Origin: Dudresnaya verticillata
Lineage: Eukaryota
Assembly: GCA_977862235.1 (NCBI GenBank)
Contig: OZ374566.1
Coordinates: 992,001 to 1,056,000 of the forward strand
Reading direction: 5' to 3'
Length of the DNA stretch: 64,000 nt
The notes beneath the pieces are model-generated. The model was not told where the DNA came from, searched no databases, and saw only the letters and a list, made by a program, of their open reading frames with translations. This document shows, one piece after another, positions 24,332-36,128 of the stretch (position 1 is its first letter; each line of letters opens with the position of its first letter). A program made the translations under genes and the position numbers.

Positions 24332-25449
24332 TTTCAAGCTTTGGCGGGTGCACTGGAAACAAGATGTTTTGCGGAGCTTCCCAGACTCTTGCAACTGCTC
24401 GTGTCGTTCTAAAGAACTGATGAGCGACCCTTGCCGAGCGCACTTCGAAACCGTCTCAGCGCTCGGCGCAGCGAGCTCCTGCGGTTGCCCCGCCAGCCCT
24501 GACTACGTTGCCCTACCGCACACAGGTCACGAGAGCTGCAACAGAAACAGGTCGGTCGTCGGCGGGTTGAGAACTGCGACAGGGACGTTCTGGATTTGCG
24601 CATTGGTCGTTGTTTAAGGACACGTTCTTACTTTCTAGTGGTACATTAACACGTATGATCCGATGTGTCTCCGTCATTTCGTGCTCATGAAAAGAAAATG
24701 GTTGGTTCAGGGGCCGCCGCCCTCCTCTCCTTTTTCAAAAAAATAGGCCCGCAGGGAGATCAAGGACAAAACCCGACCAATCATGGCGGATTTGAAACAA
24801 AACAGTCTTCAGTGATCGGCGGGGTGGGACTTGCAGGCCACCAATAGGCTTTCTTAGATCCCATTCAAGATTTTTGATCCGTCAACATTGTTTTGCAACG
24901 CTCTATTTAAAAGTTGCTTTTGAGCATGGTGGCGGAATGTGCGAAATTCAGAAAGATTGTCTTGGCACTTGGTCCAATAAAATTGCTCTTGGAGACTGTG
25001 TGGTCATGACGAGGATAGGTGTTCGGTCAGCGATGAAGTTTGAGAACCGCAACAAGTGAAACGATAGATAAAGACTGACTGTAAAGAATATTGGATTGAT
25101 GTAAGCAGTCCAAACCGAAAATGGGATCGCCGTGCCCCGGAAACACGAAAAGAAACTTTCGGACAACCACAGTTGCAGTTGCTGTTCTCCGACTTTGGAG
25201 TCGAGCTCTAACTCCTCTTGCACTCCTCTGCCAAGCTTAGCAACGACAATTGCTTTCAGGTACGACCGTGGGGTTGCAGCGAAATCAGTATTGTGAATCG
25301 CTGACATTCAAGTCACTGACGCGGAAAGGGGCTCTTGCGCTATCGGGCCTTGAAAGTCTGGCCCACACTTTGAATGAGAACAGCCGACGCAATTTTACAT
25401 TTCGTTCCGCTCCGGCAGAAGCACGACCAGCCAGGTTGAGACCGACGCA

Positions 25450-26649
25450 ATGCGTCGTCACGGGCCACTGGTTATGGCGTCCGCCGCGAACGTCTCTCAG
25501 CGGAGCTCTGCTGCATCAGCGGGTTCAACTCGATCCGATACCCAGCTCGCTTCGACACTTGCTGGTCTTACCAGCAGGGTTCTACTGCACCCAGTCGACT
25601 GCGTTAAAACCCGCTTGCAACACATCCGGGGGAGGCCCGGAACTGTCAACCCGTACAAGTCGCTTGCGTCTTTCATCGCAAAAGAAGGCCTTCCTGGTCT
25701 CTATCGCGGCATCTTTGGAGCGCTTGCCGGAGTTCTGCCGTATTCTATGTGTACGTTGATCTTAATCGATGGTATGTTGGCGTATCATGAGACTGTCTTG
25801 CTGACGTATTGCGACTTCTACTGTGATTAGTATATATGCCGAGCTACGAACTCGCACAGTTGCAGCTCGGTGCCCGACTCGGCACGAAGGAGTTATTAGG
25901 ATTGCGGCATGTCATAGCGGGGTCCTTCGCAGGGCTATGTGGATCCCTGGTGAAGGTGCCGGTAGACGTTGTCAAGAAACGTTTGCAAGCGGGCCTGTAC
26001 CCAAACATTTCCGTTGCGCTCACGTCCATTGCCAGTGAAGGCAATCCGGCCTTCCCTCTGTCAGGGATGCGGCATTTTTATACTGGGTGGCGCAGTTCGA
26101 TAATCTATGATGTACCTTATAACGCAGTGCAGTTCACTGTGCTGGAGAACGTTAAGCGGGTCATGCGTCGCGTGCGCAAGAAAGAGCACCTGGGAAAGCT
26201 GGACAATGTATTTGTTGGGGCACTAACTGGGATGATTACATCGGTTATTACGGAACCGGTAAGTCTAGACCACGCTCTGATTTTGTGCAAGCGAGACGCT
26301 TTCGTGCAACAAGAACTAACTTGATATCTATCATCCAAATTTCCTACCATTGCGGGGGATGTTTGCGATGCAGCTGGACGTTATCAAGACACGCATAATG
26401 ACACAGCGGTTACGAGGGGCACATCACGGTGTAACGATGTACCGCGGATGGCTGCATTGCATGCAAACAATCATTCGGGAGGAAGGACCGACTGCACTGT
26501 GGAAGGGAACGCTACCCCGGCTTGTTTGGGTGGGTGCAAGTGGTGCCATTTGGTACGGGACGTACCAGGCGGTTCGGCAATCAATATCGGCAAGACGGTT
26601 GCGGAATGGGGCGGTGGCTCAGACTGGACATTTACTGAAGGCCGAATAG
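25450..26649 (+). CDS. Mitochondrial carrier family (SLC25) protein, SAM-carrier-like, 334 aa; join(25450..25750,25831..26258,26374..26649)
   Basis: Three Px[DE]xx[KR]x[KR] signatures: PVDCVKTR, PVDVVKKR and PLDVIKTR. Two GT-AG introns give 1005 nt in frame. Substrate is uncertain. Confidence 0.92.
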
Positions 26650-27104
26650 CAGTCTAATTCTTAGTCAAATGCGATGAGACTGAATAGAACACTTACTGGG
26701 CGTGACTAATTGTGCAAGGTTCCTGGCAGCAAGATGTAGAGGGAGTACTGAAGAATGACGAAACCGCAGCATATGCGATTGTGGTGGTTTATGGTGGCGA
26801 AGAGAGAGGGAATTCGACAAGTGTAGATAACGAAGCACGCAGATAACTGTACTTAACCAGGCTAACTGCTTCACAATCCCAACAGAAGGGCGTTACGTCC
26901 ACAACACGCACAGCGTAAATGCTCTCGAATTAGTAATGCCGTAGCCTCGATAGACACACTCGCGTTTCGTCGAAACGCAACGACAAAGTTGCAGCGCCGA
27001 CGCCAGGGTGTATTGCACCTGGTGCAGACCAACCTGAAGCCATTTCTTTACAGAGAGTGCAGTGCGGACCAGGAATAGTAACTAGAAGCTTCCCCTCGCG
27101 ACAT

Positions 27105-28199
27105 TCATTCCTCCGTCCAGCCCTTCTTGTCAACAATATGCCTAATCGCTTGCAAAAGCACTGAGGTTTCTTCTTGTATTTCTGCCTCCAGCAACCTTTT
27201 CAACAAGTTTGGGCGTTCGCTCTTGACCTCTTCAGCCTGCCTGCCCCGTCTTCTACCCTTACGCCGCTTCTTACCAATACGGCCTTCGACAGCATGTTCC
27301 TTTGTCCCGGGCCCGTTCCGGCCTCCCTTCGTCCTAGCTCCTCCCTTTCCTTCCTTCTGTCGAGTTTCCTCTCTCCCCTCATCACCGCTACTGTCATACC
27401 CACTTACAAGCGCCGCCAACCCATCACGCCGTACGGTAACCTCAGCACCAGCGCTCTTTCGCCGCGCATTCTTGGCCATTTTGCGCGCGACATTCGCTCG
27501 TGACGGCCAGTTCTTCTTTCGCTGAGCAATCCATTTCGTTAGATCTTCGCCAGAAGTACCAGGAAGCGCAGAGCCAAGTCGACGGGCAACAGCATGTGCA
27601 GTTGCCAGTTCATGTTGTGATGCGTCTGACTTCGGAGTGCTCGCTTTCTGTGGCTCAACTGGCTTCTTGGTAATATTTTTCCCTTGCGCACCCGCCTGAG
27701 CAGGAATTCTTGGACGCGGTGCAGCACGGTGCTGCGGCCGGCCGCCTCCCGGAAAGAACCCTTGCCTCCTTCCATGTGGTGCGTAGGCTGGGGCGAAGGA
27801 AGGGTATCGTGAACGCGGAGGGGCGAACTGCGGCGGTAGCGGGGCGAACTGCGGCGGTGGAGGGGCGAATTGCTGGGGAGGGGCGAATTGCTGGGGAGGG
27901 GCGAATTGCTGGGGAGGGGCGAATTGCTGCGGTGGGGGTGCAAATTGGGGCGGCGGAGGAGCAAATTGGGGCGGCGGAGGAGCAAACTGCGGTGGCGGAG
28001 GGCAGAATTGTGGTTGCGGACCGAAGGAAGGCGGAGGTGGGGCTTGAAGATGTGGTGGGATACCGGGTGGGAACGGTGGCGGCACGCAGCACGGTTCTCC
28101 GAGCTGTCCTGGCGCTGCGTACGGCTGCTGCATCTGCTGAGTGAAAGGGTGGACTGGCACGTAAGGCTGCGCCGGCGGCGTGTGCCACGGCCAGCTCAT
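27105..28199 (-). CDS. NUFIP1: NUFIP1/Rsa1-like box C/D snoRNP assembly factor with a proline-rich repeat N-terminus
   Basis: EDLTKWIAQRKKNWPSRAN core motif and C-terminal LLKRLLEAEIQEETSVLLQAIRHIV motif. First ATG is at 28199. Confidence 0.8.
   Translation of the reverse strand: MSWPWHTPPAQPYVPVHPFTQQMQQPYAAPGQLGEPCCVPPPFPPGIPPHLQAPPPPSFGPQPQFCPPPPQFAPPPPQFAPPPPQFAPPPQQFAPPQQFAPPQQFAPPQQFAPPPPQFAPLPPQFAPPRSRYPSFAPAYAPHGRRQGFFPGGGRPQHRAAPRPRIPAQAGAQGKNITKKPVEPQKASTPKSDASQHELATAHAVARRLGSALPGTSGEDLTKWIAQRKKNWPSRANVARKMAKNARRKSAGAEVTVRRDGLAALVSGYDSSGDEGREETRQKEGKGGARTKGGRNGPGTKEHAVEGRIGKKRRKGRRRGRQAEEVKSERPNLLKRLLEAEIQEETSVLLQAIRHIVDKKGWTEE
27820..28010 (-). repeat. Coding tandem repeats of 18/21 nt, (P)PPP[PQ]QFA, about 9 units
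   Basis: Repeated ggggcgaattgctggggag / gcaaattggggcggcggagga units. Confidence 0.92.
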
Positions 28200-28439
28200 C
28201 TCGTCTGAGGCGCGGCGCAACACCTCTGCAGGGTTGGGGTTCGACGACTGAAGGTGCGGGTGAGAGCAGGTAGGTTTTTGTCTACGCCGCCGCCTTCAGG
28301 GGCGTTGCATGAATGAGCAAGATTTGATCCGGTGAGGATTAAAAGCATCACGTGTCTTTTTAAAATACCGTTCTATACAACAGACTCTACATGTAGCGCT
28401 TCTGTAGCGTATCCTCGTCGATAGCGCCAGGGAATGCTG

Positions 28440-29315
28440 CTACCGTCGTTGCCGAGCCCGCTGAAGCGCCGCCAATGCAGCAGCGTTCTGCCTAACGGGA
28501 ACTCGTTGTGCTCCGCCACGTGATTTCGCGCGGGCCGGTCTTTGCGGGGCTGCCCGCGGCTGCGCGCGTGTTTCCTTGACAAAAACGACGTCGTCATCTG
28601 CGTCGTCTCGCCCGTTTTCATCTAGGGCGACAACATCCAGCGGCCCCTCCGCAGCGCTGCCGCACCAAATCTCATCCCCCCTGCGTCTAACAGCTGCTGC
28701 AAGCGCCATTTCGCGTGGGTCGCACAGACGCGCAACCTCGGCCTCGCCGCCAAGCCTCCTCCCGCCCTTGGGCATGAGGGCGGCGACGCCATGGCGCTTC
28801 TGCGCGGCGAGCACAGCCCTCTCCCGCGCGACGTGCATAGGGACGTTCCTGGGCAGGCCCGGGGCAACGCGCCTGCCGGCGCCGTGGAAAGCGCCGCCAG
28901 AACCGTCGTCGCCGGCGGCGACCAGGGCGTCGCACTCGGCGTTGAGCTCGTCCAGCAGCTTGTAGAAGCCGGCGTTGTGCGGGCCGACCTCGATGTGCGC
29001 CAGCTCGTGTAGCAGTGTACCCAGGATGGACTCGTACGGCAGGAAAGCGTCGCGGTTGTTCGGGCGGCGAAGGCGCAGCTCTATCTTCGCGCCGTGGGCG
29101 TGGTTCAGACCCAGAAGGTTTGGAGCTGGCGGGTAGAACTCGGAGAGAAGCGGGACGGCCCAGCGGCGCTTGGCCATTATTGGCTTGACCTGGTTCGCGG
29201 CGCGCGTTAGCAGCTCGTTTGCGTATGCGTCGTCAGGCCAGCCGAGGGTCTTTAGAGTGTGGCAACACTTGAACATCGGGCTGTCCAGTGTTGCCATACG
29301 TGATTGTGGGGCCAT
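28440..29315 (-). CDS. WSS1: Wss1-like WLM-domain zinc metalloprotease (DNA-protein crosslink repair)
   Basis: VKPIMAKRRWAVPLLSEFYP, NLLGLN, LRLRRP and the HELAHIEVGPH zinc motif. The C-half has SHP-like (FHGAGRRV, GGRRLGG), SIM-like (DDVVFV) and VIM-like motifs. Confidence 0.93.
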   Translation of the reverse strand: MAPQSRMATLDSPMFKCCHTLKTLGWPDDAYANELLTRAANQVKPIMAKRRWAVPLLSEFYPPAPNLLGLNHAHGAKIELRLRRPNNRDAFLPYESILGTLLHELAHIEVGPHNAGFYKLLDELNAECDALVAAGDDGSGGAFHGAGRRVAPGLPRNVPMHVARERAVLAAQKRHGVAALMPKGGRRLGGEAEVARLCDPREMALAAAVRRRGDEIWCGSAAEGPLDVVALDENGRDDADDDVVFVKETRAQPRAAPQRPARAKSRGGAQRVPVRQNAAALAALQRARQRR

Positions 29316-31127
29316 CTTTGGAGCGGTATTATATTGCTGCGGGTAGGTCGACGGGCAGGCGGGCAGGTAGGTAGGCAGACGTTTAGGGTGGGGGTTTTGG
29401 GACCTGCAGAGCAGTGAGGTTGAACGCAACGGTTTAGATGGGCATGGGGACCGTGGCTGTGGTGGGGCTGCCGCCAGCAGGGCGAGGCTGCGAGGCGGGA
29501 GCCTGCTGGAACCTGCTCTGAATGTTCGAGGGGCAGCGACGAGGGGGCAAGGCGTAGAAACCGTCCTGCGGGCGGCGAGTTGGGCACAACACGGCCCGCA
29601 TGAGAGAGACGGAATTACAGTTGCTTACACCACCAGGCGCGAGGCCGCATTGTTGGACATGAAGAACTGCGGCGGGTGCGGCAAGTTAGTGAAGACAGGC
29701 AGTGTTGCAGTGCCGCGCCCCTTGGCACGCTGATGATCAGCAGGGATCTTCGGCGGCGTGATGCTGGTGTGATTAACAGCGATGGTTGATCAAGGGCAGC
29801 GTGACCTTAACTCGCGCGCGAGTGCAGATGCCCATCAGCGGCTCCAGGCAGCATCCGGAAACAACAAGTTTCGCAACGTGATTTTCTGCGAGAAACTCTC
29901 TCTTCATCCGAAGGTAAGGCTGCTCGCGCATTCCGCGCCGCTATCGCGCCGGGTGCCAATGCAAATTGCACCTTGCAATGCCAACTCCTACTACTGTAAC
30001 TCTGTAGGATCGCCTGCGATCCGGCCTGCCGTGCTTTTGGCTAGGATCGCAGCAAAGCGGTTGCAACACTGCACGCCGTTACCGTACCCGTGCGCGAACA
30101 AACTGCACCCTCCTTCCGGAACGCAACTGAATTGCGCCTGACTGTACAAGAAGTGAGCGTAGAGAGAGAAGCGTGTGCTCCAGCGCAAACCAAAGCCGGA
30201 TTCGCTGCTGTGCTCGGGATCGCGAGCTTCTAGCCACGTTATCGCTAACATGTTGCCCGCGATTTGCAGCGTTTGAAGCACTTCAACGACACGGCATGTC
30301 CTTCGCGTCAGCGCCAGAGCCTGAGGCTTGGCGCTCGCGCAGCCCCGCTACTCAACCACTAGCACGGTAACATGTTACCGCGGAGTTCATCATAGACCGC
30401 CGCCAGAGCCCGTCAGCGTCTATCGGGCCCGTGGGCAATCGGGCCACCGGATCACGCGAGTCCGACTGGGATGTTTGCACACACAACGGATCACCAGCGT
30501 TGATCAGAAAGCGCGCTGCCTGTCAGGAAGAAGGGGGAGCAATACACGTCGCGGCGCGCCACCATGTCCGAGCAACGACCGCAGCGCTTCCGTTGGACAG
30601 TTGGGGCAGCGCCGCCCGCGGCCTTGATGTCAACGTCAACCAAAATAGACACGCGCTATCCGATGCGCAAAGTACACTCGTGCTCTCAAATACTGTTGAT
30701 TTCGAAAGCTCGAATGGCGAATGCAAATCTCCCTGCCCGGCGGCCTCGAATCGAATAGGGCGTGATTTTAGCGCTCCAGCGCCACGTAAACTTTGCTGTT
30801 TCAGCGTCGCGATGCGCAGATCCAGTCGCTTGCCCATCGGGCTGCACGACTTCTTCCCGCCGTGTGCCGCGGAAATGCTCCGCAGCCAAACTTGTCAAAA
30901 CTGGCCTCACATGTCCCAAAACAGGGTCTCCGCTCGAGCGTTGCCGCGGTGCAGCCGAACCCGCCGGCGGGAAACAACCCGTTAACACCCCACCCTCCCC
31001 CCGCTCAGGGAGCTCTTTCCACCCACCCTAAACGTACAGCACCCACCACCTTGGGATACCCCGCCCCTTCCCCTCCCTCGTCGTCTCTCCCCGCCTCCCT
31101 CCGCACCCACGTCCCTCCCCATCCACC

Positions 31128-32081
31128 ATGGTCTTCCCGCTCGACCTACGCGCCCTGGCAATCCTCAGCGCCTCGCTCCTCCTTATCCGCCGCGTCGTAC
31201 GACTCTTCATCTCCGACTGTGATCTCAAAACCTACTCCGCCCGCGTCGACCCCACGCAATTTCGCGGCAAGGTCGCCTGGATAACCGGCGCCAGCTCGGG
31301 CATTGGCCATGCCCTCGCCACCCGTCTCGCCCGCGAGGGCGCCTTGCTCATCCTCACTTCGCGCCGAGAGGACGCTCTCAACCACGTCGCCGACAACCTC
31401 CCTTGCCCACGTGGTTCTGTCCACGTCCTCCCGCTCGACCTCACCGACCTGCCCGCTGCCGAGGCCGCTGCCAGTAGCATCGCCGACATCTTCGGCCGCC
31501 TCGACTTCGTTTTCAATAATGCAGGCGTCTCCACCCGCGTCTCGGCCGCCGACCTCGACATGACGCACGTCGCTCGTGTCATGCAACTCGACTTTTTCGC
31601 TCCGGTTGCCCTCGCACGCGCCTGCCTTCCTGCCCTGAGAGAGAACCCTGGCGCACGTGGCACTATTGTCAATACTGCATCGATCGCTACCATGGTCTTC
31701 ACGCCGCTGCGCAGCTCCTACTGTGCGTCCAAGTGCGCGCTCGCCGCATACTTCGAGTGTCTCCGCCTGGAGGAGAAGGATGTCAGAGTGGTTAATGTTT
31801 ATCCTGGTAGCGTACGTACCCCAATCGCTTACAATGCAGTTGGGGCAGGCGGGAAGGCTTTCGGGCGCACCGATGCAAACATTGAGACGGGGCTCGAGCC
31901 TGACAGGGTCGTAGACAGGATGCTAGCGGCCATTTCCGCTGGTCAGCCTCACGCTTGGATTGCTAAACCGAAGGAACTCACGGCCGTGCGTATTTCGCAA
32001 GCGTTCCCCGCACTCTGGGGTATCATCGCGAACAAACGGGCAGATACCTATCGCCAAAACATTGAAACAGGGAGCAAGTAA
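31128..32081 (+). CDS. Short-chain dehydrogenase/reductase, DHRS7-like, with an N-terminal membrane anchor
   Basis: Motifs WITGASSGIG, NNAG and catalytic YCASK; hydrophobic N-terminus. Confidence 0.93.
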   Translation: MVFPLDLRALAILSASLLLIRRVVRLFISDCDLKTYSARVDPTQFRGKVAWITGASSGIGHALATRLAREGALLILTSRREDALNHVADNLPCPRGSVHVLPLDLTDLPAAEAAASSIADIFGRLDFVFNNAGVSTRVSAADLDMTHVARVMQLDFFAPVALARACLPALRENPGARGTIVNTASIATMVFTPLRSSYCASKCALAAYFECLRLEEKDVRVVNVYPGSVRTPIAYNAVGAGGKAFGRTDANIETGLEPDRVVDRMLAAISAGQPHAWIAKPKELTAVRISQAFPALWGIIANKRADTYRQNIETGSK

Positions 32082-32204
32082 GGTTCTGGGGCTCCCTTTG
32101 CCTAGCAGCTTGTGGCTTTAGCTGGTCAAGCTGACTTTAGCCAGGTTGGGAAGGCATGCTTTCGACTGACTGCAGTACGCAACCGCAAGCAAGCATGCCT
32201 TCGG

Positions 32205-35096
32205 CTACGCAAACGACTCACGCTTGAACACAAACTTCACGTTGCATCCGCGCTTCCCAGAGTGTTTTCGGTCGCTAGTTTCGCCAGTGTACTCGTTGGC
32301 TGATACGGCTTCACCGAAGATATCCTCCAGTCCTCGCATGGCAACCGCGCCGGAATGTAGCCCACGCACAATGCTATTGCGCATGGCCTCCATGCATGCT
32401 TCTTGAAGTTGTGCGCCCATGGAATGCGGCCCACAGAAGAACACACCAATCGTTGAGTTGTTCGGGCTTTGCTGGGCGGTTTCGTTTAGAATTTCGTTCC
32501 AGTTTGGCTTCCCGAGATGAGTATGCATCGATGGTGCCCGCCTTTTCGAAATATTTGCATTCGGTTCATCTCCAGTGCTGCGAGTCAAGTAGCGATGTAG
32601 CTGCACGCTCTGCACATCGGAGTACGGTGCTAGCTCGTTCACAAGCCAGCTGTCGTCCTCCGGCGTCGGGGCAGTCCAATAGAAGTCGACGTTTTTCGTG
32701 CTTGAGTGTGCATGTGTCATGTTTTCTGCTTGGGCGATTCTTTCTCCTATCACACGAATCAGTCGGATCGTGATGAGAATTGCAAGCACTGGCCACACTA
32801 CAAAGATATGAACCACTCCGAACAAAGCGACGTTGCGACCTACACCGGCTAGAGCGAGTATGTTGACCACCACGCTGAAGAGGGCAATCGGGGTGAGGAC
32901 AAATAAATCAAAGCCGTGCACAAGAGCGCTTCCAAGTTCCACAAACTCCAGCACTGACGGAATTCCGATGAGTAAAGAAAGGACCACTGCAAGCGCTAAG
33001 TCCACGGCAGTCAAAGTTTGGCTCTTATACAATGCAAGACCTTGTTCGAAGACTGACGTCCCATTGAAGACGTATGCAGTGCCCGCCACAACGAACCGAA
33101 TAATCAGAGTCCAGAACAAGACCATACCCACAGTCACTGTCCTCATGAACAAAAGGAACATTAGCCTTTGGTTATGGAAAACACTAAGGTCCTGTTTATG
33201 AAGTGGCAACGGTGAATGACCTGACGGAGCCTGTCGGATGTTTTTCTGGACATGCTTCATTTGCACATTTCGGACGAGTGACGCAGACCCGAAGCTCAGA
33301 CCAACGAGCAGGTCAAGGCTTCTTTGATATACTTCATTTGCGTTCTCAGCATAATAAGCAGAATGCAAGGCTGTCATGTAGTCCAAGCTTGTCTGATGTG
33401 GACCAGTTGAATTGTCTCGGTAGGAGCCCATTCCAAGTTCTTCACGCGCGACAGTATTTTCAGATAGATCTTGTGAGACGCTTCCAGAACCAAGTATACC
33501 TATGGCCTCGCTCCCATGTGGCATATCTGTTGGTCTACTCTTCGGATGCGGAGCTGGGCGTCTTCTGCCATGCTCATCCTCTCGATCGGTACTGAGCGAG
33601 AATGAATATGTATCTGATGAGTCAATCGTCGACGTTTCAGAAGAAAAGTAGTCGCGTGCGGTGTGCAAGGAGGTTGCATTGGCAGTGGTCGCTGATGATG
33701 AACCTTTCTGAATCGTACGCCTAGTCTCCATATGTCTATTCGCGGCTACCCATCGCTCTGGCCTGGATGTGAGGATTCTGAGCCTCCGCGCTTCAAGACT
33801 CCTTCGATGACGTCCTTCGTCAATATCAGCGAGGCCATCAATTTCTGCAGAGTTAAGTTGTTCCGAGAATACGTTCGTGCTGAAGAGATGAGACTCTTCT
33901 TCGATTTGATGCGTAATATCATGTCTCGCAGTCGGGTGAGCTTTTACATTGCTCCTTGTCTTGTCTTCTCTCCCAGATGGAAACCGCTGCTTTTTGTTTT
34001 TCTGGCTCTGGGGTGCCCAGTTCGTCATCCAGTTGTAGGCATCTTTCACAACCGAACAAAAAGGTGTCGCCCCGACCCCCCCACCTACCAGGATGACGCT
34101 GTCAAATTGCCCAACATGTTGGGCTGGAGCGCCAAAAGGCCCGCGAATATGAATCTCAATGTCCTGCCCACCTGACGTTATTCTCTCACCAAATAACTGA
34201 TATAGTGATATTGTCCAGTCTCCAATAGCCTTGATATAGAAGACCATCTCCGGCTCATGAGGGGCAGAAGCAATTGTGAAGGGATGCCATTGAAAAAGGC
34301 TTAGCTCAGGAACTCTAAGTTCTGCGTACTGACCAGCTTGAAAATGAAATACACGAGGAAGCCGGACCTTCAGAATATCCGGACCCTGAAAGACAGCTGA
34401 ATGCTTTGACACCAACAGGTATGACCGGTTCACACGAAAGGACCTGAGGGCAACGTCTAGAACATATACAACAATCGGTCCCACTACCCACTTCCACGTG
34501 CTTGGCACTCCGCGATGTAACCCATGAATGACAATGGCCGTGAAGGCCAAGACACTTCCACCAATATGAACGCGGGAGAACGTTTCGTAGTTTGATTGAT
34601 ACACTGCTCTTCTTGCCACTACTCGAATCGCCAGGATTAGTACAAGGAGAATCATTCCAGTGATGAACAAAGAGGTGAAGCCTGAAAAGCCGCCTGACCA
34701 TGGCTTTTTGATGAGGTACGTCACCCAATGCATTATGCTGTGGATGATCCCAGCGAAAACAAGAAACTTGCCAACAAACCGATGCATTTCAGGCATTGCT
34801 TTGTCCAATGCTAGTACCATGTTCATTGGTGTTCCTTGCAAGAAACCTATCAATGATCTTGATGCAAGAAGTAGTACGACGGCCATGTTCAAGTTGATGG
34901 TTGCTCCGCATCCTCTTGCAATACCAGTTACATACTTCTGAAAACCTTCGTGAAGTCGTGACTCATCCACCGCTGCGTTGATTAACAGCAGAAGGTTCGT
35001 GATCAAGTACAAACCGATAAATGTGTATCCAATACCAAATGTAGAAAGGAAAGACTCCGTTTTTGAAACGGAGAATCGACCCCAACGCATGGACAT
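32205..35096 (-). CDS. NADPH oxidase (algal Rboh/Nox type; no EF-hands, extra TM block in the dehydrogenase domain)
   Basis: Heme-ligand His pairs (MHRFVG...IIH; RVHIGG...VIHG), FAD motif WHPFT, IRGPFG, NADPH motifs GGGVGATPF and GVFFCGP, and C-terminal ESF. Confidence 0.93.
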   Translation of the reverse strand: MSMRWGRFSVSKTESFLSTFGIGYTFIGLYLITNLLLLINAAVDESRLHEGFQKYVTGIARGCGATINLNMAVVLLLASRSLIGFLQGTPMNMVLALDKAMPEMHRFVGKFLVFAGIIHSIMHWVTYLIKKPWSGGFSGFTSLFITGMILLVLILAIRVVARRAVYQSNYETFSRVHIGGSVLAFTAIVIHGLHRGVPSTWKWVVGPIVVYVLDVALRSFRVNRSYLLVSKHSAVFQGPDILKVRLPRVFHFQAGQYAELRVPELSLFQWHPFTIASAPHEPEMVFYIKAIGDWTISLYQLFGERITSGGQDIEIHIRGPFGAPAQHVGQFDSVILVGGGVGATPFCSVVKDAYNWMTNWAPQSQKNKKQRFPSGREDKTRSNVKAHPTARHDITHQIEEESHLFSTNVFSEQLNSAEIDGLADIDEGRHRRSLEARRLRILTSRPERWVAANRHMETRRTIQKGSSSATTANATSLHTARDYFSSETSTIDSSDTYSFSLSTDREDEHGRRRPAPHPKSRPTDMPHGSEAIGILGSGSVSQDLSENTVAREELGMGSYRDNSTGPHQTSLDYMTALHSAYYAENANEVYQRSLDLLVGLSFGSASLVRNVQMKHVQKNIRQAPSGHSPLPLHKQDLSVFHNQRLMFLLFMRTVTVGMVLFWTLIIRFVVAGTAYVFNGTSVFEQGLALYKSQTLTAVDLALAVVLSLLIGIPSVLEFVELGSALVHGFDLFVLTPIALFSVVVNILALAGVGRNVALFGVVHIFVVWPVLAILITIRLIRVIGERIAQAENMTHAHSSTKNVDFYWTAPTPEDDSWLVNELAPYSDVQSVQLHRYLTRSTGDEPNANISKRRAPSMHTHLGKPNWNEILNETAQQSPNNSTIGVFFCGPHSMGAQLQEACMEAMRNSIVRGLHSGAVAMRGLEDIFGEAVSANEYTGETSDRKHSGKRGCNVKFVFKRESFA

Positions 35097-36128
35097 GACT
35101 GCGTAGCACTTACGTCTCTAGGTGAAGTTTGATTCTAAGAGGGAGAAGTTGGGTAAAGATACAGCTTGATGGATGTGCCACGACTGGGGCGAACAGGAAT
35201 GTATGCGTCAGAGAAGAAGCTGCGGAAGTGTACAGGGAGCCCTTGTTCTGGGTTTTGCAAGCTCTGGGTGCTACACGGTCTGGCATGTGACCACTTCAAT
35301 AGCAGGAACTCACCTTCTGCCGTCTGGAGGGAGAGCCTGCGGCACTATGCAAATAGGACGACTTTCCCGTTAGCTCTTCAAGCCACGTCTGAAAGGGCAA
35401 CCCAACTCAAGCAGTACCATTATTCTTTTGAAACCATTGACAAGCCCGAAAATTCATTCAGAACATAGACATTTCTGCTATAAAAGAGCATGTTCTTATC
35501 AAAAATGGGTCTTCATTTGCAGGCGATTACCCTGTCTTGAAGCAGTCAACGGAATCCTGGAGACTAAATTCACGGTTCAATACCGACAGCGAGATGAGGC
35601 GTTACATAGTGTATCCCTGTGACGATACAATGACATACAGTGGGAGTCAAACTCCGATCTTTTGCAGGCGTTTTGTACTGAGGCGCGGGAGGCTGTGACC
35701 GTGCTTGTAGATGGATGAATCTGGGTGCGAGTCGAGCCTGTCACTCGCTCAGAACCCAAGGATGGAATCTAACCTGAATGCTCAACCGACAATGATGGCT
35801 TCCAAGATTTGTTAGTAGTCCGTTGGAACGTGAAAATGGCATCGCTTCCCAAGTTGACGTTCAGACCTCGAACGTCATGCCAGGCCCCACTTGTCCTGTA
35901 GCACTCCGTGGACGCTACAAGCCGGTTGAAAAAGACAGTGGTGCAACTCAATGCACAACTATATCTACAGGACAAGTGCACTTTCGCGTGTTGTGCTCGT
36001 GGAGTTGCGCAGAAATGGCTCTCAAAAGACAGCTTCCGGGTATATCAAAGGCTTCAGGTGTTATTCTCTTTGTACTTTATACTGAGAGAAAGGAGAGGCA
36101 AAAAACAGCACGCAAGTAAGTTGAGTTC

